From positions 1 through 64,000 of IMG/VR virus record IMGVR_UViG_3300050156_000143: a DNA stretch of 64,000 nucleotides, one strand, 5' to 3'. Positions 11,086-23,499 of the stretch are shown here, piece by piece. Every line of letters starts with the position of its first letter. The stretch's first letter is position 1. The translations under genes were made by a program, and so were the position numbers. The DNA is from a virus. Its lineage: Duplodnaviria; Caudoviricetes. The notes beneath the pieces were generated by a model. The model did not search any database. It worked only from the letters and a program-made list of their open reading frames with translations, and was not told the origin of the DNA.

Positions 11086-14031
11086 TTGTACGTAGATGCT
11101 ATCCACGATAGAAATCAGGATAGGATTTTCGTAGTTGAACGTGATAAGGCGGGTAATCGTGTTTTTCAGGATTACCCGCCTAACTATTTGTTCTACTATC
11201 CTGATAAAAAAGGCAAATATCGAACCATTTATGGGGAATCGGTTGCCAAATTTCACACCAATCGACGCAAAGAATTTGAGAAAGAAAAGAAATTCTTTGC
11301 CAAGAAAAAGTTGTATGAAAGTGACATCAATGTAGTTTTCAGGTGTTTGTCGGAGAATTATCTCGGACAAGATTCGCCCACTTTGCACACATGCTTCTTT
11401 GACTTGGAAGTTGCATTTGATCCAGTAAGGGGGTATGCCCCAACAGATGATCCGTTTAACCCAGTAACCGCCATAGGTGTTTACTCAGATTGGATTGACC
11501 AGTTAGTCACATTGGTTGTCAAACCTTTTGACATGGACGACCAAGTTGCCGAGCAAATTTGCTCTCAATATTCCAATGTAATTTTATGCGACGATGAAAA
11601 GCAAATGTTTGAGATATTCTTTGAGATTATCTCAAACGCGGATGTTTTAACCGGGTGGAACTCTGAAGGATACGATATTCCGTATTCTGTTAACAGAGTA
11701 TCCCTCATCATGGGCAAAGAGTCCACTAAACGGTTTTGTTTATGGGGCCAAGAACCCAAGCCGCGAACTTATGAGAGGTTTGGCAAAGAAGAAACCACTT
11801 ACGACCTAATCGGTCGAGTTCATCTGGATTATCTTCAGTTATACAAAAAATATAATTACGAGTCGCGCCATAGTTACAAACTTGACTTTATTGGGGAAAT
11901 GGAGGTCGGAGAAAACAAGGTTCCGTATGACGGTTCTTTGCATAAGTTATATCACCATGACTTTAAAAAGTTCATAGACTATAACCAACAAGACGTGATG
12001 CTACTGTTTAAGATTCACCGAAAGCTGAATTTCCTACAGTTGGCCAACGTGATTGCTCACGATAATGCCGTACCTTTGCCCACTGTGATGGGATCGGTGG
12101 GCCTTATTGAGCAAGCCATTTTGAATGAAACCCATGCCCGTGGGTTTGTGGTGCAAGACAAACCCAGGGTGGTGGATGAGAATGCACAAACGGCGGCAGG
12201 AGCGTATGTTGCAACACCAAAACGCGGTCTTCACCGTGATATCGGTGGAGTAGACTTAAACTCGCTGTATCCATCGCTCCTACGAGCGCTAAACATGAGT
12301 CCTGAGACTCTGGTTGCTCAAATTAGACAAACGCTGACTGAGCCATTTATAAAACAGCGTTGCGCTGAATTGGCGCCCAAAAAGAAGAAAAGGGTTTATA
12401 GCACCGACGACGAATATGATCTAGACGATATGCAATTTGATGAATTCGGATACCGAATATCATCGGAAGTTAAAATGGTGGCAAAAGCATGGGACGGGTT
12501 GTTTGCATGCTTGGAATACACTGCCGTGATGAACCGTGAATCCACCATGTTGTGGATAGATTTTCAAGACGGGACTTCATATGAGTTAAGTGCAAGTGAC
12601 ATCTACGCCTTGGTGTTTGAAAGTGGTTATCAGTGGACTCTCAGTGCCAATGGCACGATTTTTACCACTGAAAAAGACGGTGTGATTCCCGGCCTCCTCA
12701 CGGGCTGGTATGTTGGTCGCCAGGATATGCAACGAAAACTTGCATTGCTCCCTGATTTGGCCACGGGCATTGATTGTGGATTAAAAGTCACAAGTTCATC
12801 AGGCCAGGCCGATAAGCTAGCCATCGATGTACAAGAACTCATTAACGCGATATCAAATGGAGACACGGGGCAAGCACAACGGTTTATCAACGAGTTTGGT
12901 CTTATTGTTTCTAACAACAAGATCACAGTGGATAAAAAGTTACTATCAGAATTTACCGAATATTGGGATAAACGACAGCACGTTCGTAAGATTTTGTTAA
13001 ACTCACTGTATGGCGCGTATTTGAATACACATTTCAGATATTATGACGTCAGAGTGGGGCAATCGGTGACGCTATCGGGCAGAACTACGATTAAGCACCA
13101 GTGTTCTCAAGTCAATTTCTTGATTACTGGGGAATATCGACATGATGGTGATGCCATTTTGTACGGCGATACTGATAGCACATTCTTTTCAGCATATCCA
13201 CAGTTTAAGCACTTGATCGAGACAGGTGAACTACCTTGGGAAAAACGAGATGTGATCGAGTTTTATAACTGGGTGGGAGAAGAGACCAACAATAGTTTCC
13301 CAGATTTTATGAACCGTGCTTTCCACTGTCCCACCAGACTTGGGAACATTATTAAAGCAAAACGGGAAATAGTTGGTGACAGTGGTTTATTCATCAAGAA
13401 AAAACGGTATGCGATCAACTTGTATGACAAGGATGGAAAACGGCTTGATGTCGGTGGAAAAACTGGTAAGCTAAAGGCTATGGGGTTGGAGTTAAAACGA
13501 TCTGACACTCCAAAGTCGGTGCAAACGTTCCTTGAGTCCACTTTGCGGCTAGTGTTGAAAGAACCCAACAAGGACACCATCGTCAAGCATATCAAAGATT
13601 TTAAGATGGCATTTTCTGAAAAACCGTCGCACGAAAAAGGTTCTCCAAAATCAGTCAACAAACTGACCATGTACCACAACATTTTGTTGCATAGTCCAAC
13701 CGGCAAGGCAACCATGCCAGGACACGTTAGAGCATCCATTAATTGGAACACCTTGCGGGAACACCATAACGACAATGTGAGCATGAAAATGATTGACGGT
13801 ATGCGAATTGTGGTATGCAAATTGTTGCCAAATCATTATGGTTTTACCAGCATTGCGTATCCAACTGACGAGCCACATTTGCCACAATGGTTTTTGGAAT
13901 TGCCTTTTGACGATGGGTTAATGGAGACAACTCTCATCGACGACAAAATAGAAAACATGCTAGGGGTGCTACAATGGGAACTAAAAAATAGCACCAACAT
14001 TAATACCAATTTTGATTCATTGTTTTACTAA
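11086..14031 (+). CDS. Family B DNA polymerase (gp43-like), TTG start
   Basis: Exo motifs FDLEV, GWNSEGYDIPY, YNQQD; polymerase motifs DLNSLYPS, KILLNSLYG, YGDTDS, KKRY. Confidence 0.97.
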   Translation: MYVDAIHDRNQDRIFVVERDKAGNRVFQDYPPNYLFYYPDKKGKYRTIYGESVAKFHTNRRKEFEKEKKFFAKKKLYESDINVVFRCLSENYLGQDSPTLHTCFFDLEVAFDPVRGYAPTDDPFNPVTAIGVYSDWIDQLVTLVVKPFDMDDQVAEQICSQYSNVILCDDEKQMFEIFFEIISNADVLTGWNSEGYDIPYSVNRVSLIMGKESTKRFCLWGQEPKPRTYERFGKEETTYDLIGRVHLDYLQLYKKYNYESRHSYKLDFIGEMEVGENKVPYDGSLHKLYHHDFKKFIDYNQQDVMLLFKIHRKLNFLQLANVIAHDNAVPLPTVMGSVGLIEQAILNETHARGFVVQDKPRVVDENAQTAAGAYVATPKRGLHRDIGGVDLNSLYPSLLRALNMSPETLVAQIRQTLTEPFIKQRCAELAPKKKKRVYSTDDEYDLDDMQFDEFGYRISSEVKMVAKAWDGLFACLEYTAVMNRESTMLWIDFQDGTSYELSASDIYALVFESGYQWTLSANGTIFTTEKDGVIPGLLTGWYVGRQDMQRKLALLPDLATGIDCGLKVTSSSGQADKLAIDVQELINAISNGDTGQAQRFINEFGLIVSNNKITVDKKLLSEFTEYWDKRQHVRKILLNSLYGAYLNTHFRYYDVRVGQSVTLSGRTTIKHQCSQVNFLITGEYRHDGDAILYGDTDSTFFSAYPQFKHLIETGELPWEKRDVIEFYNWVGEETNNSFPDFMNRAFHCPTRLGNIIKAKREIVGDSGLFIKKKRYAINLYDKDGKRLDVGGKTGKLKAMGLELKRSDTPKSVQTFLESTLRLVLKEPNKDTIVKHIKDFKMAFSEKPSHEKGSPKSVNKLTMYHNILLHSPTGKATMPGHVRASINWNTLREHHNDNVSMKMIDGMRIVVCKLLPNHYGFTSIAYPTDEPHLPQWFLELPFDDGLMETTLIDDKIENMLGVLQWELKNSTNINTNFDSLFY

Positions 14032-14032
14032 T

Positions 14033-14776
14033 ATGCGCGAACATTTGATAGACATTTTGAGCCACACCATGCCGCTCGGTGGTATAAACGTGATCAAAGT
14101 GGTGGGAACGGAAGATGCCACCAAAATTGTGGCTCACACTGAGGGGAGAACCGTTGTGATCCAAGGTTCTTTCAAAGTCGCAAAACCAGACATGAGTGGG
14201 GTATACGGTTTGCCAAATTTGGCCAAATTGAAAACCTTACTTGGGTTCTCTGAATATGCCAGTGATGCTGTGGTAGAAGTTAAGCGAGAAAGTAAAAACA
14301 ACCTTGTCTTGCCGTCTGCCATCACGTTTAGTAACCAAGGCGGGGATTTCACCAATGAATTTCGGCTAATGTCAAAGGACTTGGTGGACATGCAGGTCAA
14401 TGTGCCTCAGTATCATCCGCCAGTTTGGCAAACACAGTTTGTCTTACAAAAATCAGCAGTTGAGCGGTTTAAGAAGCAATATGCTGCTAGTTCTGAATCA
14501 ACCACTTTTACCACCAAAATGGAGGGCCAAAGTCTAAAAGTTTTTATTGGACAGCCGTCAATTCAAAGTGGCAATTTCATCATGGAGGCAAATTGTTCTG
14601 GATACTTGAGCAAACCCATGACATGGCCGTTGAAGGAATTTATCGCTATCATCAACTTACCAGGAGAAAAAACCCTCAAATTTTCAGAAAGCATGGCATG
14701 CGAAGTCTCGATTGAAACTGAACTACTGCGTTACCAATATGTCATCCCAACAGTTAAAACGGTGAAACCAAAGTAG
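14033..14776 (+). CDS. Sliding clamp (gp45-like)
   Basis: ~247 aa directly after the polymerase; beta-rich, ends YQYVIP as in T4-like clamps. Confidence 0.7.
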   Translation: MREHLIDILSHTMPLGGINVIKVVGTEDATKIVAHTEGRTVVIQGSFKVAKPDMSGVYGLPNLAKLKTLLGFSEYASDAVVEVKRESKNNLVLPSAITFSNQGGDFTNEFRLMSKDLVDMQVNVPQYHPPVWQTQFVLQKSAVERFKKQYAASSESTTFTTKMEGQSLKVFIGQPSIQSGNFIMEANCSGYLSKPMTWPLKEFIAIINLPGEKTLKFSESMACEVSIETELLRYQYVIPTVKTVKPK

Positions 14777-15518
14777 GAACCAAGATGTACCAAACGCGAA
14801 TTGACAAGATTAACCAATATTTGTTTAACCTGAATTTACTGACATTTGACAGTGATTATTTGCGTAAGTTGAAACAAGAATATACCGCAGAATTGCGAAG
14901 ACTTCAAAAACTCCAATGGAAGGAAATTCACCATGTATGAACAAGTTTACACTGCATTGTCTGAGAAACGGACTAAAGTGAAAAACGCAGCCAAGAAATA
15001 CGTCACTGTGCGGCTTGATAAACGCCTGGCATCATCACAATACCAGCAAACTATATTCAAGATTGAGGTTAAATTGGAAGTCGCGGTAGATACAGATTGG
15101 GAGGCATCTGATGACATGTTGCAAGCAATTAAAACTGCACAATGGGACGAAGTGGTGTATACTACCGACTGTCATGAGATATCGGATTTGATATATGACA
15201 GTGTTGCAACCAAATTCCCAAACCGTGAAGTTATTATCGTCGTAATGGATAACAACAGCGGATCAACCGTAATTTATTGAAATTGTAGGAAAATAATATG
15301 GCAAAATTTGTATTCAAGAATAACCCTCGTGTCGCTGAAATTTTCGACGATCTGGAATCGTTTCGTGAATTCTGTGTTTATTATGGGCATTATTTCGACG
15401 AAAAGGAAATGTACTGCGATTCTTCGCGGGCATGGCGCCATTATGAGCGTTATCAGTCTGGGAAGGATGTTCGAGACATTTGGACAGAAGACGCGGCAGT
15501 ATTTGCTCGGTAACAACT

Positions 15519-15546
15519 AAAAAAGGTGGCATATGCCACCTTTTTT
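15519..15546. terminator. Palindromic intrinsic terminator AAAAAAGGTGGCATATGCCACCTTTTTT
   Basis: Perfect 28-bp palindrome with T6 tail after 15298-15513. Confidence 0.85.
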
Positions 15547-18500
15547 CAAAGGGTGAATCAAAAATGATTGAGCATATTGTCAACCGCATCCCAATGGAAG
15601 AAATTTGGCCAATGGTCGCCAGCATCATGAACTTGACGTATCGCTCAGTTCCTGGCTCCTATGGCCATATCTCAAGCGGTTCGGTGGGAGATTGGATACC
15701 GTTTTTGCCTCATAAACAACACTTATCAACAATGTTACATCACATTGTTGGCACCTATGTTGTCCACGGTGTCACCGATGATCGAGGATTTGGTACATAT
15801 TACGTGTATCATGGGCACATTGAAGCCAGACCCGACGTTCACGCTGGTGGCACAATGGAGTTAATTGGTGGGGGGTCTTTGGTAGACATGTTCGGGAGAA
15901 TGGTGGTTGCCAGCAATTGGAATTATGATGAATTAACTGCTGCGATGCTGCAACATGGCTGAAATGGCGTTTCCACACCTAAATGAGGCTGGCGACAGGT
16001 GCGTGGAAAAGTTCATGCAATTTAAGTATTATAAAAACATGGAATGTCCTGGTGAAATCTCTGGTGCAATTGCTTGGCTGAATCAACATGAACTGCACAA
16101 GTTTGATGCTTCCATTTGTTCTATCTTGGCCCCTCGCATCAAATTCAACACACTTGAGGGGTATATTGCATTTACATTGATGTATGATTAAACTATTGTC
16201 CATTCCCACCGCTCAATATCGATCCGGTTCGTATCCCGTTTCCCTAATATGGGCTGGATTCAAGCCACTCAACTTGTCAGAATGGCCGTATTCAGATGAA
16301 TTCACCAAGCACGATTTGCGCCTTGACGGATACGAGTTGTACGGGTGTTTCAAAATGGTAGACTATGATGATGGCACCGTGGGCGTCAGTGTGGATCACA
16401 TCGTTAGTTCAACGTCGCCCATTTTGACTGAAATTATCCCGTCGCCTAGGCCTGAGCGTGAGCGTTTCCATTCCCAGCACTGTGATACTCCCTTTCTGGC
16501 CATCCTAAGCACAACCCTGATCGCCAAATTGTTATTAACACTGATTTAAAGGAAACTTACCATGTCCGTTTTCTCGAATTACAAAGTTTTCATGTGCGAA
16601 TGTTCTATGCCAGAACACCACCTCCTTTTTCAACACGACGCAGAAGATGAAATCACTGAAGTGTATGCACATATACACCTCAATCATTACCTACCGTGGT
16701 ATACACGGGTTTGGGCGGCGTTGAAATACGTATTCGGAATCAACACCAATGGTGTTTATGATACGGTGCTCATGCAAAAACAAACCATCACAGAATTACG
16801 CGACTATCTTGATGGCATTTTGAAGGGGCGTTCATGAGCTATACCCATTCATTTCAAGTCAGCGACGATGAACGTGAGTGGTTCAGACACGAGCAAAATT
16901 TGGATTTATTCCGGGAATTCAGTTGGCATTGGATAGGTGGTAGCTGGACTGTAAGTATTACCCACGACGATTTTAACCACCGTGCTGCCACCGAGTTCAA
17001 ACACGCATTGTCTGCATTGCGCAAACACCACAGTGATGAACAAACTGCGGTGAAAGCTGTGGAAGACCTTGCCCTCAAAATAGAAAAGGCGGAAAAACGA
17101 CTCACTGTGTTGCGCGACAAGATGAAAAAGTTGCAACAGCAATGTGCCCATTGCGTGACCGTGCGTGAACACATTTCCACCTATTACGAGGCATCGGGGT
17201 ATGACGACGCTTCCACCACTGATCGCACAGAAACTACATGCGCAATCTGTGGTGCAAATTTACCGTCAACCTGACTCAATATCGGAGAACTTTGATATGA
17301 ACTTTGAAGAATGGTTTTCTACCAACTTTCACCCCAATGTGCAACACGATGTTCAAATACGGTTCATCGCACATTTAGCTTGGGTCGCTGGAGTAAAAGC
17401 ATTGGCGAACAAAATTGGGATCACCGTTGTCCCTGAAGCGGTGGGAGAATAGTGTGGATTATCGTTATCACGATTCTAGAGTGCAAGAGCGGATGATGCG
17501 AGTGGGAGCTGAGACCAAGACTTCTGATCCAAATCTGATCTACCAAATTGCAGTCAATACTCTTAAACACGATGATTATCATCGTGCAAAATCGCGGTTT
17601 CCATTGCCATTAACTGAGTATGATTTACTCCGAGTGTTTCAATACCAGACAGCTCGTGGGGTTACCCCGTTGATGTTCTTGTCTGAACACCCTGTAACTA
17701 AAATGGTTACTATCATGCAAACATCTTGTATTGCAGAGTTGCTACATACTCATGACAAATATTATGATGACGCCGCCATGTTCCCAAAATTGTTAAAAAG
17801 GATGGCTCATCATGTTACCAACATTTGATTCAACCCATTGCGTGTATGTTCGAGTGGGGCACTACCTTCAAATACGTGGAGAGTATGAGGATGAAGACTC
17901 AACTGACTGGTATCGACATTGGGGCGTTCAATCCGTGGAAGATTCTCTGTATAATACCCCATCGTATCTCAGGGTCAATTTCGCATCGGATGAATGTAAA
18001 ATAGCGTTCATGCTGGCCCATTCTGGAGACTTCTCCATTCCGAGTGAACCAGCATGTCTGCCATATTGGCACACTGACTTAGAACACGGATTTGTGCCGA
18101 TGAGTCTCCGCTACCAAGCAACGAAAGTCTGACAAAAACGCTCGGGCACAAGGTGTGATGCCAACTTGTCTGATACAGTGCGCTCAGAACGCATTCAGGA
18201 GTCCAACACATGACCGATCTAACTTCTAACATCACCAAGGCCATCGTCGAGTACGGTGCAGCCAACATCATGGCACGAATTCCCACCATGAAGCGTCTTT
18301 CATGCGGTTTTGCGAACTTGAAGACCCAAGATTTTGACCATTATGAAAACTACGCGGTGACCACGCGACGAGATCATCCTGGGAAGGTTAATTGCTTTCT
18401 CCACACCGAAGACTACAAGGTAGAGTTCAAGTCCGAGTCTGGTGAGTTTGAACGCTACTATTGTAGCGATTTTGATTCACTATGGAAAAGCCGGTATGTG

Positions 18501-19034
18501 CAGGTGTACACGATGTCGCAGCACGGCGATGAAACTTTTTATACAGAAATTTTCCCAAAATGACCGTTCACATTGGCAAGCAATATTCCCACAAGTTGGG
18601 AACAGTTTATACCACAGTGGCCTTCATGCAGTTCAAGTTTGATGGCCAATGGATGAATGCGGTTCAATACCAGTCCAGTGATGGCAAACTGTTTGGAAGA
18701 ACAGTTGAAGATTTTTTGGCAAACTTCAAGGAAGTGATTTAATGTCCAACTTAACCGTAGCCAATACCATTTTCAGCCAACTTGGCGGGCACAAGTTTTC
18801 CGCTATGACTGGCGCCAAGCACTTCGTTGGTGGAGAAGACTTCTTACAGTTTGCTATTCCCTTGACAAACAAAATCAACCGGGTGTCTATCACCTTGACC
18901 CCACTTGACACGTACACGGTGAAATTCATGTATGTGCGTGGTATGTCAGTCGTTGATCGGGCAATCATTGATGACGTTTATTGCACCGATTTGCTAGACG
19001 TTTTTGAATACCATACTGGGTTGGCGACCAAATT

Positions 19035-19352
19035 ATGAGCGACCCCGAACTGGATTTAGCATCGCTATTGATTGGTGAATTCGAGGTGGGAGACACTGCG
19101 GAAATAATCGGCCTGCGCATTAATACGCTGAATTTTTCATGCGGCGACATCGTTACTGTGTTGGACGTTGTTACCTTTAATGCCGCCCTGGGCCGATCCG
19201 TGTGTATTACTCCAAAAATGGCAGTTGGCGAAAACCCGACCCGATTATCCAACAAACCGAGAACATGGTTATATTCCAGGTATCTCCGTCATCATTTTGG
19301 CCAAAATGACCCCACTGTGGGGTCAACTTCTCCACATTCTCCAGCACTTTAA
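19035..19352 (+). CDS. Family A paralog
   Basis: ELDLASLLIGEFEVGD...WLYSRYLRHHFG. Confidence 0.75.
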   Translation: MSDPELDLASLLIGEFEVGDTAEIIGLRINTLNFSCGDIVTVLDVVTFNAALGRSVCITPKMAVGENPTRLSNKPRTWLYSRYLRHHFGQNDPTVGSTSPHSPAL

Positions 19353-19396
19353 CGTATACTTTCTTCATCCGATCACCACCGACGAGAGCGCACCTC

Positions 19397-20596
19397 ATGA
19401 ACAACCCATTTGATTACAAAACCGACAAGCATTTTCACAACATGTTTGACAGCATGGTGAAGTTGCAAACTGAAATCAATCGACGTGAAGCCGCTGCTGC
19501 GTCAATGTCTGGGGGATTCAGTCAATTTATCCCTCTGGAAAAGCCGTCCGTCAAGCTGGACTGCGATCTCTTGGGAGCCAATGCCAAACATGTTATCCAC
19601 AGCGTTTCAGAATTAAAGCACCTGTATGGCAACAATCCCGACACTTTGAAAAGCCACGTGCAAAAAGAGCATGAAGCTGCTCTGAAACATTGCTTGGAAA
19701 TTGCTGAAAACAATGCGCCCAAAATGGCAGCAAACTTGACCACCAAAGAAAACATCATCAAAATGATGGCTCATGTTGGCATCCCATCTGAATACACCAC
19801 CGTCGAAACGACTCGTGGCGGCAAAAGTAAGTCCATCGTGGTGAAGGCCGGGTACTTGTCTGATTTGGAACGAGTATGTCCCACCTGCACCACCAGCAAG
19901 ATGGTTTCATATCTGAACTCCAGTTTGCCCAAGAAAATGGCAGAAATTGCAGATATGGTGACGGCAACTCGTGCTCGCAATACTGACCTCCACGGTCGCG
20001 CCACGATGAAGTACAATGTTCCCCATCTGCCTGCCATCAACGCGATGAACAACTATGGGGGGGATTTGGCCGCGTCTTTCGACACGGTGCTCTCATACGG
20101 CCCAGCATTTTCAACTCCCGTTACTATGGACGATTTTTGGTCGGTTTGCCAATCGAGTGGGCTACAAGCGTTGGTTATGGCCGCAAATGGCGATTGCTGT
20201 AAGAGGGTGTTTACCACGTCAGAAATTGCCGAAATGTTCCGTGATGACCCGACACTTGGTCGCTGCTGGTATATCAATTCCATCAAATCCAGTAAAAAGA
20301 CCGATTTACAACAATGTTTCTCCAAGTTGATCCCACGGTTAAAGGAAGATGTCGCCACCATTCAAGCGAAAATTGACCAATTTCACGAGGGAGTCGCATC
20401 GGCAAATCACCGCACCGAGTTTTACAGATTGCGGGAATTGCTGGTGGATAAAATCCAGCCATATAAGCGCGAGTACATTATCGGGTTTGATAATATCTCC
20501 GAAGGTATGGAACAATGGGAATCCATTGTTTCATTAATCTTGTCAGGTCACGTGATCGAGGCCGATCTGCCAAAATATGGCATCATTTTGGAGTAA
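19397..20596 (+). CDS. Hypothetical protein (399 aa)
   Basis: Long ORF, no motif recognised. Confidence 0.6.
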   Translation: MNNPFDYKTDKHFHNMFDSMVKLQTEINRREAAAASMSGGFSQFIPLEKPSVKLDCDLLGANAKHVIHSVSELKHLYGNNPDTLKSHVQKEHEAALKHCLEIAENNAPKMAANLTTKENIIKMMAHVGIPSEYTTVETTRGGKSKSIVVKAGYLSDLERVCPTCTTSKMVSYLNSSLPKKMAEIADMVTATRARNTDLHGRATMKYNVPHLPAINAMNNYGGDLAASFDTVLSYGPAFSTPVTMDDFWSVCQSSGLQALVMAANGDCCKRVFTTSEIAEMFRDDPTLGRCWYINSIKSSKKTDLQQCFSKLIPRLKEDVATIQAKIDQFHEGVASANHRTEFYRLRELLVDKIQPYKREYIIGFDNISEGMEQWESIVSLILSGHVIEADLPKYGIILE

Positions 20597-21244
20597 ATCG
20601 TGGAACAATATCTTCTCGTGGTTCAGGTGGTATATGCGTGGGTGTACGGCGTTGGCGTATCTATTGTGGTCACTATGGGGGTCTTCGGGATGCTTTACTA
20701 TGGAACCATGCTGATGTTTATGTGCTTGGAATGCAAATTCTTTGACAATGACGCCAGGAAACGATGGTTGGCGTGGGGGGGTGCCTTGATGCTGTTGCCA
20801 TTGGTTCCCATTATTGCGGCAGGTGTTGCTCATGAGTTACTGCAAGTGTGGTTACTGCAAGTTTGGTAGTGAAACTGACCTCTAAGTAAATATCATGACC
20901 AAAATCACCTCAACGGAACAATATCATGCCCTCAATGGTCGCATCAAGTGTGCGAAAGAGTTTGTTCAACGGTGGCAGCCGTTATCTCAGCTTGTTTACA
21001 CACTGGCATCCAAGCCGCTGTTCGACGATGAACTCAGATACTGCAAAGAACACCCGTTACTAAAAAATTCTTGGTATTACCATGATCTGAAAACATGCAA
21101 AAAACGAGATTTACCAATGTTATTTGCCCATTTGGCAGAACTTGAGCAAGAATATGTGGATGAAGTTGAGCCTGCATTGACTGCATGGTTAACGAACGTT
21201 GAATCACAACTTGCTAGTGATAATGCACAAGAGGAGGTTGCAGA

Positions 21245-21826
21245 ATGAAAAAGGTCTTCAAAGAATGGTGTGACCGTATGCCAGAAATGTTTTGGCTATG
21301 TGTTATTGCGGCGATAGCGCTAACGTGGGTCGCAATTGCTTACCATGATTGGCATTCCGGCATGCTGGCATCAGTGTGGGCGCTCGGTGGGTTTTTCATA
21401 TACAAAGATGCAAGCCCCAAAATAATGAAACACGCTGTTTGCATTTTGATTCCGGTTGGGGATCACTATTTGGTGGTTTCGCGTAAAGATGGCGGATATG
21501 GAATGCCTGGTGGTAAAGTAGAGCCAGGTGAATCCAACATTAGCGCCATTGTGCGAGAAACGTGGGAAGAAATTGGGTTTCACATTGAAAAAGAGTTGTT
21601 GGTCAGCTTGGGAGCATGGCGCGATGGGGATCAATATTTGGTTGAAACGTTTTTGTACGTGACTCCAATTTCTGAAAACACGGTGGCGAACCTGGTTTCC
21701 CCAGAAGGATTGACCATTTCCACATCTGAGGAGTTTTCCCTCACTGACCCATCAGTGTGCCCATTTCACGAATACAATTCACTTGTCTTGGAGATCGCAA
21801 AATGCACCAGTATGTCGCTTTCCTGA
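21245..21826 (+). CDS. NUDIX hydrolase with N-terminal hydrophobic helices
   Basis: GGKVEPGESNISAIVRETWEEIG Nudix box. Confidence 0.9.
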   Translation: MKKVFKEWCDRMPEMFWLCVIAAIALTWVAIAYHDWHSGMLASVWALGGFFIYKDASPKIMKHAVCILIPVGDHYLVVSRKDGGYGMPGGKVEPGESNISAIVRETWEEIGFHIEKELLVSLGAWRDGDQYLVETFLYVTPISENTVANLVSPEGLTISTSEEFSLTDPSVCPFHEYNSLVLEIAKCTSMSLS

Positions 21827-23499
21827 TGCCTTGCCATCCTGATACAGAACGCAATGAAATTCGCGTGCGTCGGTTATTAACCCCATCTTCACCAAATGCC
21901 AACACGACTGTAGAAGAACTCAACCACTTATTGCACAAATCCAATGAAGTGATTCACTTTGATTCCGAAGGGGTGTTTTTGGTGATTAAAAGTCGTTATC
22001 ACCGACGAGCGACTGGTGTATTTTCCAAAAGCGATGTGACAACATTGCTAAAATCGGATCAAACTGGCGGAACAATGGAGGTGTGAGATGATCTACGACT
22101 TAACGCAAATGTTGCGAGATGATCTTCGCCACACCAAAGCAATTCGGTCGGTCTGGTATCAGCCAGGTGATCCAATGTATCTCATCACTCTGTCAGAATA
22201 TCCCCAAACACAAGCACGGGCATTTCTAGTGTCGTCGTCGTGTACGCGATTGGTTAACGCCAAAATGGCTGGACATTGTACTGATGCCGATTTGGAAGAA
22301 CTGTGCAACAGTTTGAACTCACATTTTGACTCGGTAACATTTACGACAAAAGACGGAACCGGTCACCACAATTTCCCATATCGGTTAGAATACCGTGGAG
22401 ACACGATCTTGGTTCATTCTGACAGTATCATGCAAACTGGTCAGTTTTATAGTGGGCTATCGTCGTATATTTTAGCGCACCATGTTGGAAGAGTTACGTG
22501 AGTTTGGTTACATGGTATTTCATGGTGAGACCCACCAATGGCAGCCTAGTGGTAGTAAAATTACACACCACCAGGCCAAACGAGTATGTCTACATTGCCC
22601 CGATTCAAAACTCTGATATCGCTGTTAGAAAGATGGGGGAAATGGTCTCGGTTATCAAGAACAGAGGAGGAAAAACTGGCCAATGGTTCGGGCAAGTGGC
22701 GCCAATTGAGGTGGCATGGTGGGATCAAATTTGCACTGAAGTGACAAATTGCCCCGATGCAGTTAAACTGTTGAAAAATGCGAGGTAACGTTTATGAGAG
22801 TGTTTATTCAAATTGTTGTCATGTTGGCCATATTTGTTGTTCCAGTAGCACACCTATTTTTTTGGGTCACTGGCTCCAAAGTTTTAGCCACCATTGTTTT
22901 AGTCCTTTTGGCGTATTATGCTGCATACAAAACTTTTCGTGTTTGAGTTAGTGGTCAATGTACTATTTTGCGCATTGTCGATCATTATTTCATGTGAGCT
23001 ATTGTCCGAGGCGGATATTCCCACCCTGGTTCAATTACTCATCATCCCAGCGGTGTTTGCCACTTTTGGCAAACTTGCACACACCGTTTCCCACATTTTT
23101 TATCAAAAGGAGTTAAATGAGCATATTTCAAGCCGTTAAACGTTTGTTTAACAAGAAAACCACTCGGGAGCAAATACTTGCTCTATATGAGAAAGAGCGA
23201 GATGAATTTACCGCTCGTGGCGAAGATTATGTGAAAATCGTTGACTTGACGCCTGACAACCAAGATGTTACCAGTGGTGAATACACCTATATCTGGAATG
23301 ATTTATTCATCGTTCGTCTAATTCGTTCCGGGTATCAATTCAAGCCAACCGATACCGATGCGGACATGATCGACCGATGGCATGTGGCCGTTAGTCAAAA
23401 TTGCGCCAAAGAAGTATATGAACAGTATTTGGCCGATCCGAAAAATCGTGGTCGCCAACCTACTGCCAACAATATCAACCCAAACTACACGGAACATTC

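Noticed and set aside
12742-12960. Intein in the DNA polymerase
   Set aside because: No N-terminal Cys/Ser block or His-Asn C-terminus, and too short.
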